A stretch of 62,167 nucleotides of DNA, counting the filler, from Hausera hauseri (taxonomy: Eukaryota), in assembly GCA_046269625.1 (NCBI GenBank). It is 12 parts of 12 records of this genome, joined end to end, with 100 filler letters (N's around TTAATTAATTAA, not from the genome) between each part and the next. Parts side by side here need not be neighbours in the genome. Positions count along the whole stretch, not along the records: positions 48,412 to 58,004 come from JBJURY010334381.1; positions 58,105 to 62,167 come from JBJURY010785201.1; 10 more parts are not named here. One strand, given 5' to 3'. Position 1 is the first letter of the stretch, and every line of letters begins with the position of its first letter. This document shows positions 49,564-62,167 of the stretch, piece by piece. A program made the translations under genes and the position numbers. The notes beneath the pieces are model-generated. The model did not search any database. It was not told the DNA's origin and worked only from the letters and a program-made list of their open reading frames with translations.

Positions 49564-52500
49564 TTATAAAACCGATAGGGGTAATGAGGAGAATGTCAAA
49601 GGAGACAATACAATTGAAGGAGATGAAACAGTCGATGTAGGCAAAGAAAGCGAAGAAAGTGGTGAAGATGACAAAAGGGAGGGACAGAAAAGTGATTGAT
49701 GCAATGGCGCAAAGTTATTTAGAAAATCAAAAGAAGTAGGAGTTGAGTTTGAATTGGAGGTAGAATTGGCATCCTGATTGTCATCAATGAAGAAAGCGGG
49801 CTTTAAATTCGAAATGTAAACGTTGTAAGGTTTATCTTGGCGTAAGATGGTAGCCGTATAAGATGAGAGATTCAGCAGTTTGTATGGGCCAACATATTGA
49901 GGTCTAAAACCCGAAGGCGATTGATCCTTCAGCCACACAAACTTGGCGCAGTATAAATCCTTCGTGATATAGGATGTGTTGTTGCTAAAGAGACGACAGA
50001 ATGAATCTGAGCTGACCTCGACGAAATGAGATTGTGCTGCACGAATGTTTTTGTCTGTGGGGTGGTCGTCGAGATCACAAAGTTCAAATATGGCCCGGAT
50101 TTGAGTCCCAAAGAGTGCCTTCGTTGCAGCACAACCGGTAGTGGTAGAGGGTGTGTTGCGCCACCCTAGTAAAACAAAAGGTAGAATGGACGTCCAATTA
50201 CGATGATTGCCAGCCAAGAGTTTTAGAGAAATTTTCATTGTTCGATGGAACCTTTCAAGGAGTCCATTTGCTTGAGGATGATATGGTGTAGTATGGAAAT
50301 GGGATATACCCAAGCATTTAGCAAGTGATATGCAGAGTTCCGATTCAAATTATGGACATTGATCCGTTATTATATAACGTGGGGAACCAAAACGACTGAT
50401 CCAGATTTTTATAAATGCGTCGGCTACTGAATCAGTGTTCGTTAATCGAAGAGGAATGGCTTCAGGCCATCGAGAAGCACGATGCATCATAGTAAGAATA
50501 TATTGATATCCTTTGTCAGCAGGTAAAGGGCCAAGGAGATCAGGATGAAGTGTATGAAAGCGTGATGTACAGAAGAAATGGTAATGCGAGGTTATCAGAT
50601 GTTTGTTGATTTTTTATTTTTAACAGTCTACGCATTCCTTAACCCAGCCCTGTAAATCTTGGCGTATTGATGGACAAACTACATGACGTTGAAGCAAGCG
50701 AAAGGTTGCTTTCGAACCCGGATGATGGAGTGAATGCGTATGAAGGAAGTCTGGCTTTTGTAAAGATGGCGCTAGAATGATCTTTTTATTACCGGTATTC
50801 GACGTATCAAAAGCAATGCCATCAATGATCTCAAAGGATTTGAAGTAACTAAGGAAGTCAGCAGACGGTAGATTTGCCTTTAAAACTTCGGATGAAAAAA
50901 TCGGTTCAACTGTAATGGAGCCAACCGACCTCGACACAAAATCTGCTACCAAATTGTCTGTGCCTGAGATGTATTCTAAAACAAAGCTGAATGTAGACAG
51001 GTATGATATATGTCGTTCTTGTCTCGGTGATGGCTGTTTTAACGACATAATATGCAGCACAGGCTTGTGGTCAGTTTGAACAACGAATAAACGAGAGAGG
51101 AGTAGGTGTTTAAAATGTTTTACTGCCAGAACTATGGAGAGTAATTCACGGTTAAATGTTGAGTAACGGCCTTCGGGTTGCGTGAGTTTTCGGGAGTAAA
51201 AGTCTAGTGGTTTGTCGACGCCGTTAGAAATCTGGTGGATTACTGCACCGGTAGCTGTTGCGGAGGCATCGGTGGTAAGAATAAGATCTGCGTTGGGCTT
51301 TGGATAGGCAAGTATTTCGACAGTTTTGAGGCCTTCGCGCAGGTGATCGAATTTTGTGACTAAATCAAGAGTCCTGTGGATTGACTGCCTCTTTTTCCCG
51401 GATGATAGATGTGCGAAAGGTGCTCTGAGCTCAGAACAATACAGTACGTATTTGTGGATGAAGTGGAGTGTGCCTAAGAAACTCCTTATATCCTTAGTAG
51501 TTGTTGGTAGCGTTATGTTTTTCAATTGTTGTAGTCGATCCGATTGTGGAGAGTGGTCGTGAGGAGTGATGACGTGACCCAGGAAATTAACACATTTTTG
51601 AAAGAAATGATACTTGGAAAAATTGACTTGCAAATTGTTGTAATGTAGTCTGTGAAAGATAATACGGAGGTGTTCTTGATGTTGTTTAACAGACGTGGAA
51701 GCAACTAATATGTCATCAATATACGAATGAGCAAAGTCAAGGCCTGAGAGGACGGTATTAATTTGTCGTTGAAAATTTTGGAAAGCACTACGTAAACCAA
51801 ATGGCATAAAGATATATTCAGAGGCCAAATGGAGTAATAACAGCAGTTTTTGGGATATCGTCAGGTGCAACCTGAATTTGATGATAAGCTTTATGCAAAT
51901 TAATTGTGGAGTACGTATTTGTATTGGTTAGGCTGTGCAGGATGTCCTTTATGAGAGGTAAAGGGTAAGCATCCAGGGCTGTTAGGTTATTTAACTGCCG
52001 ATATTCGCCACGTGTTCTGTAAGTGCCATCTTTATTTGTCACTACATGCAAAGGTGAAGCCCATGGCGATTTTGATTTTCGAACGATGCCAGCCTTTTCA
52101 AGGTCATGGAATTCTAATTCAACGGCTTTTCACCTACAAGGTGACAGTGGTCTGACCTTTTGTCTGATTGGTCTTTGGTGTTCGGTGACTATGTGGTGAT
52201 AAGTTGTAGAATGCGGCTTGAAATTGATGTCCTTCTTGAGAGTGCGGAAACAAGACGTTTTGACGTAGGATTTAAGATTGGATTCCGGCGATGAGAATGA
52301 TTAATGATTACCATCAGAAGCGACAGTGGATAGTGTTGGCGAAGAACAACCGTAACTGCCACCATCAACACTTCGTTTACTCGGTTGTTTTAAAACCAAC
52401 TTAGATACGTTTGATGTGATGGAAGAAATGGATGAATTACTAACGTTACTGTTATTAGCCGACGAACAAGTATTCAAATTTACACGCGAGTTGACAGCCA

Positions 52501-52963
52501 AAAACGACGGAGTTTCTACTGGACCGTTTGGTAGGTATTTGTTAGCATCCACGACGGAGTTTCTGCGCAGCAGACAGCGATACTTGCAGTCAACTAGCAA
52601 ATCATGTGCGGCCAGAAAATCTGAGCCGATGATGGGGGATTTAATATTATCCACGTGGAATTTCCAGACAAACTTATCTGGCAAGTCGGCGAATGTAAAA
52701 ATCAGTTCTGTGGTACCAACTATGTGCAACGGTTGACCACTGGCAGTGAAAAGCCGTGGAGAAGAAATTATAGTAGATGTAGGAGTGAAGGACAAGAGAA
52801 GAGGCGAAAATGCAGCTCCTGAATCGATAAGGAAGTCGATGTGTGAATTTTTGTTGGGGAACAATGCATCTTTTAACAAAAAAACTGCAGAGGCGGTGTT
52901 AAGACGACTAGAAGATTCAGCAGTATTGCCTATCCCAAAATGTGCCGTCGCATCTGGCGGCAA
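49564..52963 (-). pseudogene. pol: Ty3/Gypsy pol: protease, RT, RNase H, integrase
   Basis: FLIDSGA; INLHKAYHQI, MPFGL, YIDD; TTDAS, RELLSI, TDHKP; HSLHHPG..CVDC; YHPQANGLLERFHR; GPY. Few disablements. Confidence 0.95.
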
Positions 52964-52965
52964 TG

Positions 52966-53800
52966 TTAGTTTTTTGAGGTTTGTTGGGAAAAAGAAGAGG
53001 AATGATAAAAGCGAGAAGGTGAAACAAATGGAGAAAAACTAGATTTCTTTTTATAACATAAACGGTTTTCACTTCGTCGAGGCACAGATAACTCACTAAG
53101 TTGAGCTGTAATCGCAGAAATTGCTTGTTGAAGCGTGTCGAATTGTTTCTGCATCATTTGCAGCTGTTGTGAAAATAAACTTTTATCTTGGTGTGATGGC
53201 GTGTGAATGATTGCTGCAGCTACTGGTTGTGAACTATTTGATTGTAAGATGTCGAAACTTCTGTCTGCCAGTAAGGCGAGTTTCTGGAGTGCCGTTGAAT
53301 CGTCTACTATAGTAAGCAACGCTCTGATAGAAGTAGGTAAGGAAGAAAGAAAATACCGACGAAGAAGATACACATTGTTTGTAAGAGTGACGCCTAAGGA
53401 ACTCAGCTGAAAAATTGCAGTTTTAAGGAAATCCGACGGCTTTTGAGTTCCGATAGCATGATCATTAAAGTACTTTTGTATTATACTGTCAATGGAAGGG
53501 TCGGTAATATGTAGGACTGATTCGTAGAGCATGTCGCATGGATTTGAAGAGGTGAGTATATCGGTAAGTTTATTGATTTGCTGCTTGATATTTGCTGGAA
53601 GAAGAAGCAGCAAGCTGTTCACCCGCAAGAAATAATTTGTGATGTGATTGGCTTTAAGCCATTGCAAATGGAATTGTAGCCAGGTGCGATTCAAATTAGT
53701 TTTGTCAAGGAAAAATATGTGCAAGAAAGGTTAGGAGAGACAGATGATAGAGGGTCAGCAGGACGACGACCAGATCTGGTCTTGGCGGAGTTTTCAACAT
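52966..53800 (-). pseudogene. gag: Ty3/Gypsy gag
   Basis: IGTQKPSDFL, FLSSLPTSIRALL...LALLAD and a coiled coil; homologous to ~23400-24050. Confidence 0.85.
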
Positions 53801-54062
53801 AAGAAAGATCGGGGTCCGATTCACTCCGAAGGCGAAAATGGAGAGTGAGGTGAATGATTTGGGAGGAAAAGAAAGAAAGTTGGTCATGGACGTTAAGTAT
53901 AGGGCCATGATGCGAGAGATAAAAGTCTGAGGAGTGGAGGAGGAAGGATAGATGCGTGTGAAAACGATGTAAAGTATCTGTGTGTCGCATTGAAAGTATA
54001 GAAGTGTATATTATTGGAAAAGACAAACAGGGATAAGGGACATGGTGCAGCGGGGGTGGTCA

Positions 54063-55985
54063 CGTTCGATTCCCCAACCAAATCATTCATCTGTTGCGCA
54101 TTAAGACCGGGACCACTTCTCGATAATGAAAAGACAGCTGTCTCCTGATTAAGACTATCATAGTTCTGAGATGACATATGACAATCATGTGAATTACTAA
54201 CATCGTTTTGCATTTTAAATGATGGAATACCGATATGTAAATATCTATCATAATTACCTTTTAATAAAGGTGACTCGAGCAATCTTTCTTGAGATATTGT
54301 TTTTGATATTCATGATTTTTGTATTTGGATGGATCATAATAAATAAGTATGTTTGATATGGTAATTGACTTTGCCACAGGCATTTGAGATAGATGTGTAG
54401 CATTGTTACCTAAACGGGAATAAAGTGACCTCGTTGTATCGGTCATTGGTAAAGTACAGTTCAGAATATTTTCATCTAAATCTTTGCTGATTGATAGTAT
54501 GTTTGGATGTTAATTTCCCGAGACTTCTTATTTTAGTCGTGTATGTATTATTTAATGCATTATATGTATCAGGATTAGTCTCCTTGTAAAATTGATATTT
54601 CATCTCAGTTCCCGTGTCAATATCTGTTTCTTTGAGTAGTTGTATGGGAGAAAAATATATTTGTTGGATTTTTAACATGTGATAAAATATCAGTTTCAAA
54701 AAGACTTGCAAATCAAATTATATAACGATAGAAATACTCGCTTATCATTAGATCTATCTGGAATATCATTAGAAGTTGCATAGCAATTATTTTGCGACCG
54801 GCGACCGGCGACTGTCTAAAGTTGTAAAACGGTTATTTTGATGTTTAGTATAGAAAGACGTATTAGAAACTCTAGTGGAAGACGGAAAAAAAAAATTCTA
54901 CGGCGACTTTTTCGTTCGGTAATCGGTGTGAAGGTTATAAAAAATAAATTCTTGCATGAGTCACAAGATGTTGTCGTGATACTTGTACTGTGAACTGAAA
55001 AGTTAGACAATTGGAACGATATAATATCGTTGCACAGTTCGTTTTGATTGATATCCAAATTGAAAAACAGTTTGCTAATTATAATTAACGGCCTGAAATA
55101 GTTTTTTACGATGCATTTCGTCGATAAATAAAATATCAAATCCGACTTATCCCAGCGATAATTAGTGAAATTTATCAAACACGAATTTAATGCCCAAGAA
55201 ATAGATTTCGACAAGGCAAGAGCAGATGCAATTTGTGAGTTTTTAGCACTAGCACGAGGCTGATGAAATCTTTCTTGACCTACGTTTTCATTTGGAATAG
55301 TCGCCAGTTTCTGCAAGAGCAGTAGCAACATTATCACTATCTACATCACTCGATATTCCATTTAAAAACTGAGACAATCGAGAATTCCATGTTGTACTAT
55401 AAGTCAATACTCCATTCATTTCTATAACGAAACCTTTTTTGACCGTCTTTTCATCAGATTTTGAATCATGCAAAATATTTAAATCACAAGTACTGCAGTA
55501 TATTGTAATTGTCTGGGTTTTTTCGTCTGTACCCGATAATTTCTCTGTGCATGTTGACTTATCCATTTTATTAGAATTCCTTTTATTAACCATATCCATC
55601 TTATTGAATGTCCATTTGTTAAATACATAACCCAACGGTTTTGGTATGTTTGGTATTTTATTCTGTGCTGAAAGTGACGAAAAGGATTTGAAACACTGAT
55701 CAAACCGTTGTCTGGTCTCATCGACTTTCAAAAATGTTCATGTTCACCAAATATATGGTTGGTAAAGATATCTTCTGTTGTCATATAGCTGAAATCAGAT
55801 TCGGTTGGTCCACTGAGCAGTGTTTTAGAATTTTTTGCAGTAGGAGAACAACATTCCTCGATTTTTATCGTTTTATTTAGATTGGTAATATTAGAATCAT
55901 GGCTAATTTCCTCTCCAGTGTTATATGAGGTAATGTCTGATTCATTGTCAGAAAGGTCATGAATACAAACGGAGTAAAAGTCCAT
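54063..55985 (-). pseudogene. Unknown fragmented coding region between PBS and gag leader
   Basis: ATG 7 nt after the PBS, then a chain of same-strand ORF pieces (55728-55985, 55288-55731, 54816-55337, 54472-54711, 54261-54446, 53893-54282). No recognised domain. Confidence 0.4.
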
Positions 55986-55992
55986 ATCATTT

Positions 55993-56006
55993 CACTTCTG
56001 ACACCA
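55993..56006 (-). promoter_or_regulatory. Primer-binding site TGGTGTCAGAAGTG (tRNA-Leu type)
   Basis: Matches the common Gypsy PBS TGGTGTCAGAAGTG(GGAT); lies ~23 nt inside the LTR-like block. Confidence 0.75.
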
Positions 56007-56029
56007 ATTTCAAATAGATTATAATATAA

Positions 56030-56371
56030 TGTAAGTCAGAGAATACCAGAGGATATCAGAATATCAGAGAACAGCAAGCTTTTGTTATTTCAAAAAAACA
56101 ATCAATTATCAATTATAAAGATCAATGTCATTATTATTAACAGTTATCTGTACAAATTTATATATAGAATATGATCACAAGATCACATTGTAGGAGAGAT
56201 AAAGCTCTATCGCTAGAAAGGAAAATCGTAGAGATACGAAATGATGTAACAATTGAACTGTCAATTCCTCGTGAGCTGCTGCATCTTCTGATATACGCTC
56301 ACATTTATGGCCTCATTCACACGATCAGCAACCTGGTGGGTACGACTCGCACCCGCGATCGCGGCACTACA
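56030..56371 (-). repeat. Putative 5' LTR, diverged relative of 48893-49291
   Basis: TGT...ACA ends. Shares blocks gaactgt(t/c)aattcctcgtgagctgctg, gctagaa.ggaaaatc.taga, gaaatgatgtaacaatt, ttatttcaa.aaaa and cccgc...cg.ggcac.aca with the 3' LTR. Confidence 0.72.
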
Positions 56372-56529
56372 TCTTAGTCATGAATTACCTTCATTTTCTC
56401 TACCGATCCGTCCATGCTGCAAACTGCCGCCACTACTGCCTTTTCTGTTTTCGATTTATCAGACATTTTTGACAGATAATCAGCATTCGCATTTCGTTTT
56501 CCGGGTTTATACTGGAAGTTTAACGTATA

Positions 56530-58004
56530 AAACTGTAACTTAAGAGCCTATTGTAATAATCGACTGTTCGGATTTTCTTGTTGCTTTAAACATTGTAGCG
56601 GTCCATGATCTGTATATTAGCAACAATTTATTTTAGCTAATATATGATGGAAATACTTCTAAAACGAATATTACTGCTAGTAGCTCCTTTTCAATTATGG
56701 CGTATTTCTTCTGGTGTTCATTAAGCTTCCTTGAGGCATAGGCTACTGGGTGTTCCTTCCCATCTCATCATTTTGTGATAAAACTGCGCCGATTCCGTCG
56801 TCACTTGCGTTCTTTGCTAATATGAATGGCTTAGGCATGTCCGAGTAGATTAGAATCGGTGCAGTTAACAATAATATCCTTTAGATTTTCGAAGGTTTTC
56901 TGACAACAATCTGTCCACAATACTTTTTCAAGTCTTCTTGTAATAATTCATACAGTGGTTTGGCTATGTTACTAAAATCTTTTATAAATCTACGGTAGTA
57001 ATTCGAAAGTCCTATGAATCGACGTAATCCCTAACTACAGTTGATTTTGCAAAGTTTTTGATTTTCCCTAAGAGTTTGTCTTGATGTTTTACTCCATATC
57101 CATCGACTCGATGTCCGAGGAAATCTACTTCCGTTTGGGCAAATGAGCATTTGTTTGGATTTATCTTGAAGCCCATTATTTTGCAACTACGAACATAGAT
57201 CTTGTAAGTCTTTCAAATGCTGTTGACAATTCGATGATTCTATTATTACGTTGTCGATATATATCATAGCATGGGTGCGTATAAAAGTAGTAATTCCGTT
57301 CCTATTTGAAATGCTGGTGGTTCATTTTTTAATCCAAACGGTACTCTATTAAATTCCCATGGTCCTTTCCTTATCGAGAAGGCTGTCTTATGTTTATCTT
57401 CCTACTTTACTTATATTTGCCAATAACCTTTCTGTAAATCGATAGTTGTGAATATTGTTGATCCGTGTAATTTATCTAGTATCTCATTGATCTTTGGCAA
57501 TGGATACCTATCCGTTTCTGTTATCTCGTTTAACGCTCGATAATCTATGCAAAATCTCATAGTTCCATCTTTATTTTTAACCATTACTACTGGTGCTGTC
57601 CATGGGGAGCAGCTTGGTCGAATTATCTTGTTTTTTCTTATTTCTTTTATCTTTCCAGCTTCCTGCTTTTATCATAAGCTGACCGATATGATCTTTTTTA
57701 TCGGTTTGTCTTGTCCTTCTTTTAATTTCATGGTATGTTGTATTACATTCATTGGTCCTAAATCACAATCGTTTTGCGCAAAGAGACTGTTATTTTTCGC
57801 TAATAGATGTATCAACATCCCTTTTTCTTCCATGTTTATTAATTTGCTGTTTCATAATCTTTCTTCCCAGTTGATGCTGGCGATCATCTTTATCCTTTAC
57901 CTTTGCTTGTTCCTTTCTTTCAATGCCGTTATTTGTCCTAATCTAGTATCATTTCGCAACTATTTTTCCTCATTTCCAGCGTTACGAAGTCTCAAATGAA
58001 TTTT
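56530..58004 (-). pseudogene. pol: Ty3/Gypsy RT and RNase H remnant (no integrase visible)
   Basis: [59 protein letters not shown]. Confidence 0.9.
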
Positions 58005-58104
58005 NNNNNNNNNNNNNNNNNNNNNNNNNNNNNNNNNNNNNNNNNNNNTTAATTAATTAANNNNNNNNNNNNNNNNNNNNNNNNNNNNNNNNNNNNNNNN
58101 NNNN

Positions 58105-60090
58105 CGTCTTATGTCTGTCTGTTCTTGAAAGTACTTCTCCTTCCTTAGGCTCGTCATCATCTGAATTATTTCTTCGCATATTAGGTTTTGTGAATTTCCG
58201 CTTATACAAGAACATAGGTTTACCTTTTCCTTTACAATTATGATAACCGACAAGACGTTTCACGTCCTATTTCCATCTATTCTCTTCGTATGCTTTCAAG
58301 AACTTGCCAAAAGCGTTATGATTGCAAATATTTCATACCCATTTATTACTGCTTGGATGACACCTTTAAACATTTGTGTTAGGAAATATATCACTAAAAA
58401 CCCAGATACGGCTTGGCCAAAAATCAAAAATCTTCCCCAAATTTTGTAGAGTATTTCTGTGGTTAATCGCTGTTAATGGTTTACGCCAAGCAATGATTCC
58501 CATTTAGCTTGATATCTCGTATCATCTACTACGGAGGCCATGGCTCGATTTAATTCGTGTGTCCGCTGTAGCGAAAAAGCGAGAAATTGTCTAAAGGCTT
58601 CAATTTCCTTAGGCCTATATATGCCCTTTGTCGAAGTATCCTGAAACTTATCGTCAGTAATTCCTTTTGCGAGATTTGTTCCCGTTAATTTGTTTGGAGC
58701 GGAATTGATACCTCCATTTGGCAAACTAACCCAATCCGTTTCAATACACCTAAACATGGGTTCTCCTAAACTTGCTTTACAATCTTTGAGTATTGTTGTT
58801 TCCGTTGCATTGTCTAATAACACTCTAGTAAACGGCGTGGCTAATCTTGGAGTATTCTAGTAAATAACGGGAAGTTCCCGTATGCAACGTTTTTCTTCAA
58901 CGTTGATTTATACGTCTTTTTTCTCACATTCATAAGTCAACAGTACTTTACCGGTAACTCGACCGAAAATTCCTTCTCTCATAGGAATTATTGGAGAAGC
59001 TAACTTAGGGTTAGCATAGGTAAGAGTTAATTTTGTCCTCATGATTTCCATATCCAATTTATAATCATTCGTTATAATTTTGTGATATAATTCGGTTATT
59101 CCAACTTGTCCTTTGTAATAAAAGTAATCGTCTCGGTTTTTCAGGTAATCTTCGATCCGAATGTCCTGTGTCTCTAGCTTGTAAGTTTTCGCATTTACTG
59201 CCGTTTCTGCGACGAAAAATGCTTTATAAATTAGTGTCGAACATCACCACTTTGCAACGACAGATCATTTCCTTTTTAATAAATTTTAATCCATGTTGGT
59301 CGGAGATCAATATAGTAGGTGTAGCGTGTTCCGCAACATCCTTATGAGTCCTTGAGTTGGTGTCGGATTTGCCTACATATCGTTTTCCGGTAGTTTCATT
59401 GAATTTCAATTCCTTAATTTTGATAAACTTATAGTTTCTTCAGGAGGGAGGTTCCCATATTATAACAGAACTTCTGAAAGCACAGGTTCCGTCTTGTAAA
59501 TGGAATTTTTGATTCTCGGTTTATAGTTTGGTGAAGCTGTGGAACATTACTTTCTGTACTCGCATCTCCGATTAATAGAAATTTACGACCAATATGTTTG
59601 CCTCTAATCCCTTTCCGGTGTATTATTCTGCTCCATTATAGTGTCCATTATGCATGTCTAACCTTCCAACCACTAACTTATATGCTCTAATTATCTTTCC
59701 TGGTTGCACCTCTAGTTCCATACTATCCCATTTTAATCTTCCGGTTTCTGGGGTCTGCTTACAATGCTGATATTCCAAGTTCATTGGGAGTGGAGGAGAT
59801 TTTGGTTTGATTATTGAAGAATGTCCGTGCATTAATCCACAATGGAAGATGCTACGAGATCGTTTCAACATACACTCCTTTCCGTCCAACGATATTAATT
59901 CTTGTTGTTGATAGAGGAGTAATTTTCCTTCCTTGTTTTTAGTTTATGTGGTCTGGCATCCTCACATATCTTTAAATTCATTAGAGAATATTTCTGTCCT
60001 AATTTAAAATTATTGCAGTCATAGACCGTAACTGCATTTATCTGTTTTATCATCATCATCCATGCGAGCAAACTAGTTAACCAGTTCGAT
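58105..60090 (-). pseudogene. env: Chuvirus-like envelope glycoprotein, divergent copy C
   Basis: WLTSLLAWMMMIKQINAVTVYDC, ECMLKRSRSIFHCGLMHGHSS, GRVTGKVLLTYEC, ELPV, PFTRVL, KGIY, membrane region IWGRFLIFGQAVSGFL. Confidence 0.82.
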
Positions 60091-62167
60091 TCGTTCCTCC
60101 GCTTATTGCTATAAGTCGTTGTAAAATTATGTAACATAGCCTCACATCCTTTACTGGCACCGGTCTCCTTGTCTTCTTCCTTTTCGAATAATTTCGATCA
60201 ATTTATTTCGCAGGGCAGCTTCCTTGCCGCTCTTCGTGCCAAGCTTGTGGCTCTACTAATTTTGTTCTCCTGATTAGGGTTTATTTTTATTGCTAACTAC
60301 AGCAATACTTTTCTTAATTCTTCAATGGTGTTTTGTACCATGATCTTTTCGATTACCGTTTTATCGGTTAAGTTGCTTTTTGGTAATTTAAAACGTGAAC
60401 TTCTCATCATCCTAGCTGCATTAAATATCGCTTTCTCTTTGTCGTCTAATGCGTCATCTCCAAGGCTTGAATAATTTACAATACGTATTAAATTCTTTAT
60501 TAATTCGCTTAATTCTGCATTATCTCTGCTAAAGGTAGGAATCGACATCTGTCTCAATTCTCTAATAAATTCTCCATTATACTCAGCCTCTTGTCGTGTT
60601 TTCTTAGATCTACAGACTGAACGTTTTTGTTTTAGGACATTGATTATCGTTTCACTTGGCGGCACTAAATTTTTATCGCATTATTCCTTGTCTTCATCCG
60701 TTTGTAAATTTTCAAAATATTTTGCAGAGTTTCGGACTCCAATGATTTGTCCTACGCATTGTTCTGTCTTAGCCTTGCGCACAGCTTCTGCTTTAATCTG
60801 TTCATTTGCTACTATCACCACTATATGATTTGTTTCGTCGGGGATGATTCCGACGTGTATTAGCTGTTTTAAGTCGTCTAGTATTTTACCTCTGAAATTG
60901 AATCTATAATTTAACTCCTGTTCCACCATTATTTATTAACCATTCTCTTACGTCCCTTACATATGAATAGGTAGTTAACTCACATTCTGTTTTATCCATC
61001 CACTCTGGTGATATCCTTACTTTCATCATTACCTCAGGTTTGGCCCTTAAGATTTTAGCATATTTCATTATCAAAAGTTTAGGCATCGCGCTATAAATTG
61101 TGCTCTTCCTGGGTAATTTCGTCAAAGTCGGAATAAGTTGTCTTAATTTACTTTCGGTGACATTTACGTTAATTAGCTCAATTAAATCTTTTTAATTTAG
61201 CGCCGAATCCAGGAGCATCTTCACACTGAATCTCCTATTCTGTGGACACGTTTCTATTTCATTTAGCTGTACTGGAGCCACATGATTTTCGGCCGTAATT
61301 GCATCTAAGTACGCATCCCATTCCGGTTCTTTTCCAACGTCTGGAAGTCCATAGTCTACCAGTGCTGTATTCGTCCTCTGTACATTCTCTCAAATTTCTT
61401 TCAATCTCGATTGTATTTCTTTTATCTGTGTAGTGCGGAAACCTATTCCGTTTTTAAAGGCTTACTGAATCAATTTCAATAGTTCGCTTAATTCATTAGA
61501 ATGGATGAATCCTTTTTGGTGATAATCAGTTAGTTTGATAGTTAAATCTTTTTGCCATCTTTGTACAAATTCACACTTATTTTTAATTTCTGACTCGGTA
61601 AAAGCATATTTGTTCCGATAGATTTCGAGCTCTTTTATTAGTTCATCTAACCCTGTTGCTCTTTGTTTAGTTCTAGTGAATGTATCTTCAACCTGTCTTA
61701 TTTGAGGAATCAATTGTCTCATCTTCTCGTCGCTAATTTCTGACATTTCTACTAAGAGAGAAGCTAACTTGTACATCTCATTGATGATTTTTGAGTTGGG
61801 ATCTATCGCATCGAGTAAATTCTTTATGAACTTAGTTTCTTTAAAACTAAGATGGTGGTTGTTTTTTATTTTTGTCAACTCGGTATGGCAAGTTTGATCT
61901 GTTCCGGTCATACATTCTTGTGGTTTATGTATGAATTTCATTCCTCATCTGAGGCTTCTCTATGTCCTGGACAAATATCTAAAGTTTAGATATCCTGGAT
62001 TGAAATTTCATCGAGCGGTTTAGCTGTTAAATGTTGGACTCCTGTAAAGTTGGTTTCTGCGATTATTTTATATATCTATTCGAATATCGTCAATTCTTGA
62101 TTCTTCTTCTTCATAAAATTTAACTGCCGTAATGCTTTGAATTGAGTCCGGATATCTATTTCTACTT
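60091..62167 (-). pseudogene. ORF-X C-terminal part with Ubl domain, divergent copy C
   Basis: LDAIDP, EFVQRWQKD, YSAMPKLL, NYRFNFRGKILDDL..VGIIP, RELRQMSIPT and SRFKL, all collinear with copies A and B. Confidence 0.8.

Noticed and set aside
56189-56371. A 183-bp solo LTR (TGT...ACA)
   Set aside because: Homology to the 3' LTR continues to ~56030 and a PBS follows, so it is part of a longer LTR; no TSD.
57547-57999. Hydrophobic 150-aa 'membrane protein' and similar antisense ORFs (2299-2730, 4069-4584)
   Set aside because: Shadow frames opposite A-rich retroelement coding strands.

Overview
Eukaryotic sequence made of 12 separate contigs joined by artificial 100-nt spacers (N44-TTAATTAATTAA-N44), so adjacency across spacers means nothing. 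Most of it is AT-rich DNA full of decayed mobile elements: Ty3/Gypsy LTR retrotransposons, Polinton/Maverick pieces (protein-primed PolB, packaging ATPase), mariner, Tc1, IS630-like and hAT-like transposases, and a 105/84-bp tandem array. Two contigs begin with vertebrate (probably teleost) DNA, including two epg5 exons, then switch to AT-rich DNA. This suggests a parasite assembly with host chimeras (inference). The best candidate for a new system is a retroelement-like family seen on three contigs (705-6217, 15993-20365, 58105-62167). It reads Gag + CCHC knuckle (visible only in copy A), then a ~1150-codon unknown helical protein with a ubiquitin-like domain and an AT-hook-like motif, then a chuvirus-type (class III) envelope glycoprotein, with no protease, RT or integrase in between. 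Second, a Gypsy element with a ruined pol is fused to an intact type I membrane protein carrying FN3-like repeats and a tyrosine-motif tail. Third, a Gypsy family has foreign cargo upstream of gag. All family assignments come from motifs recognised by eye; no searches were run.
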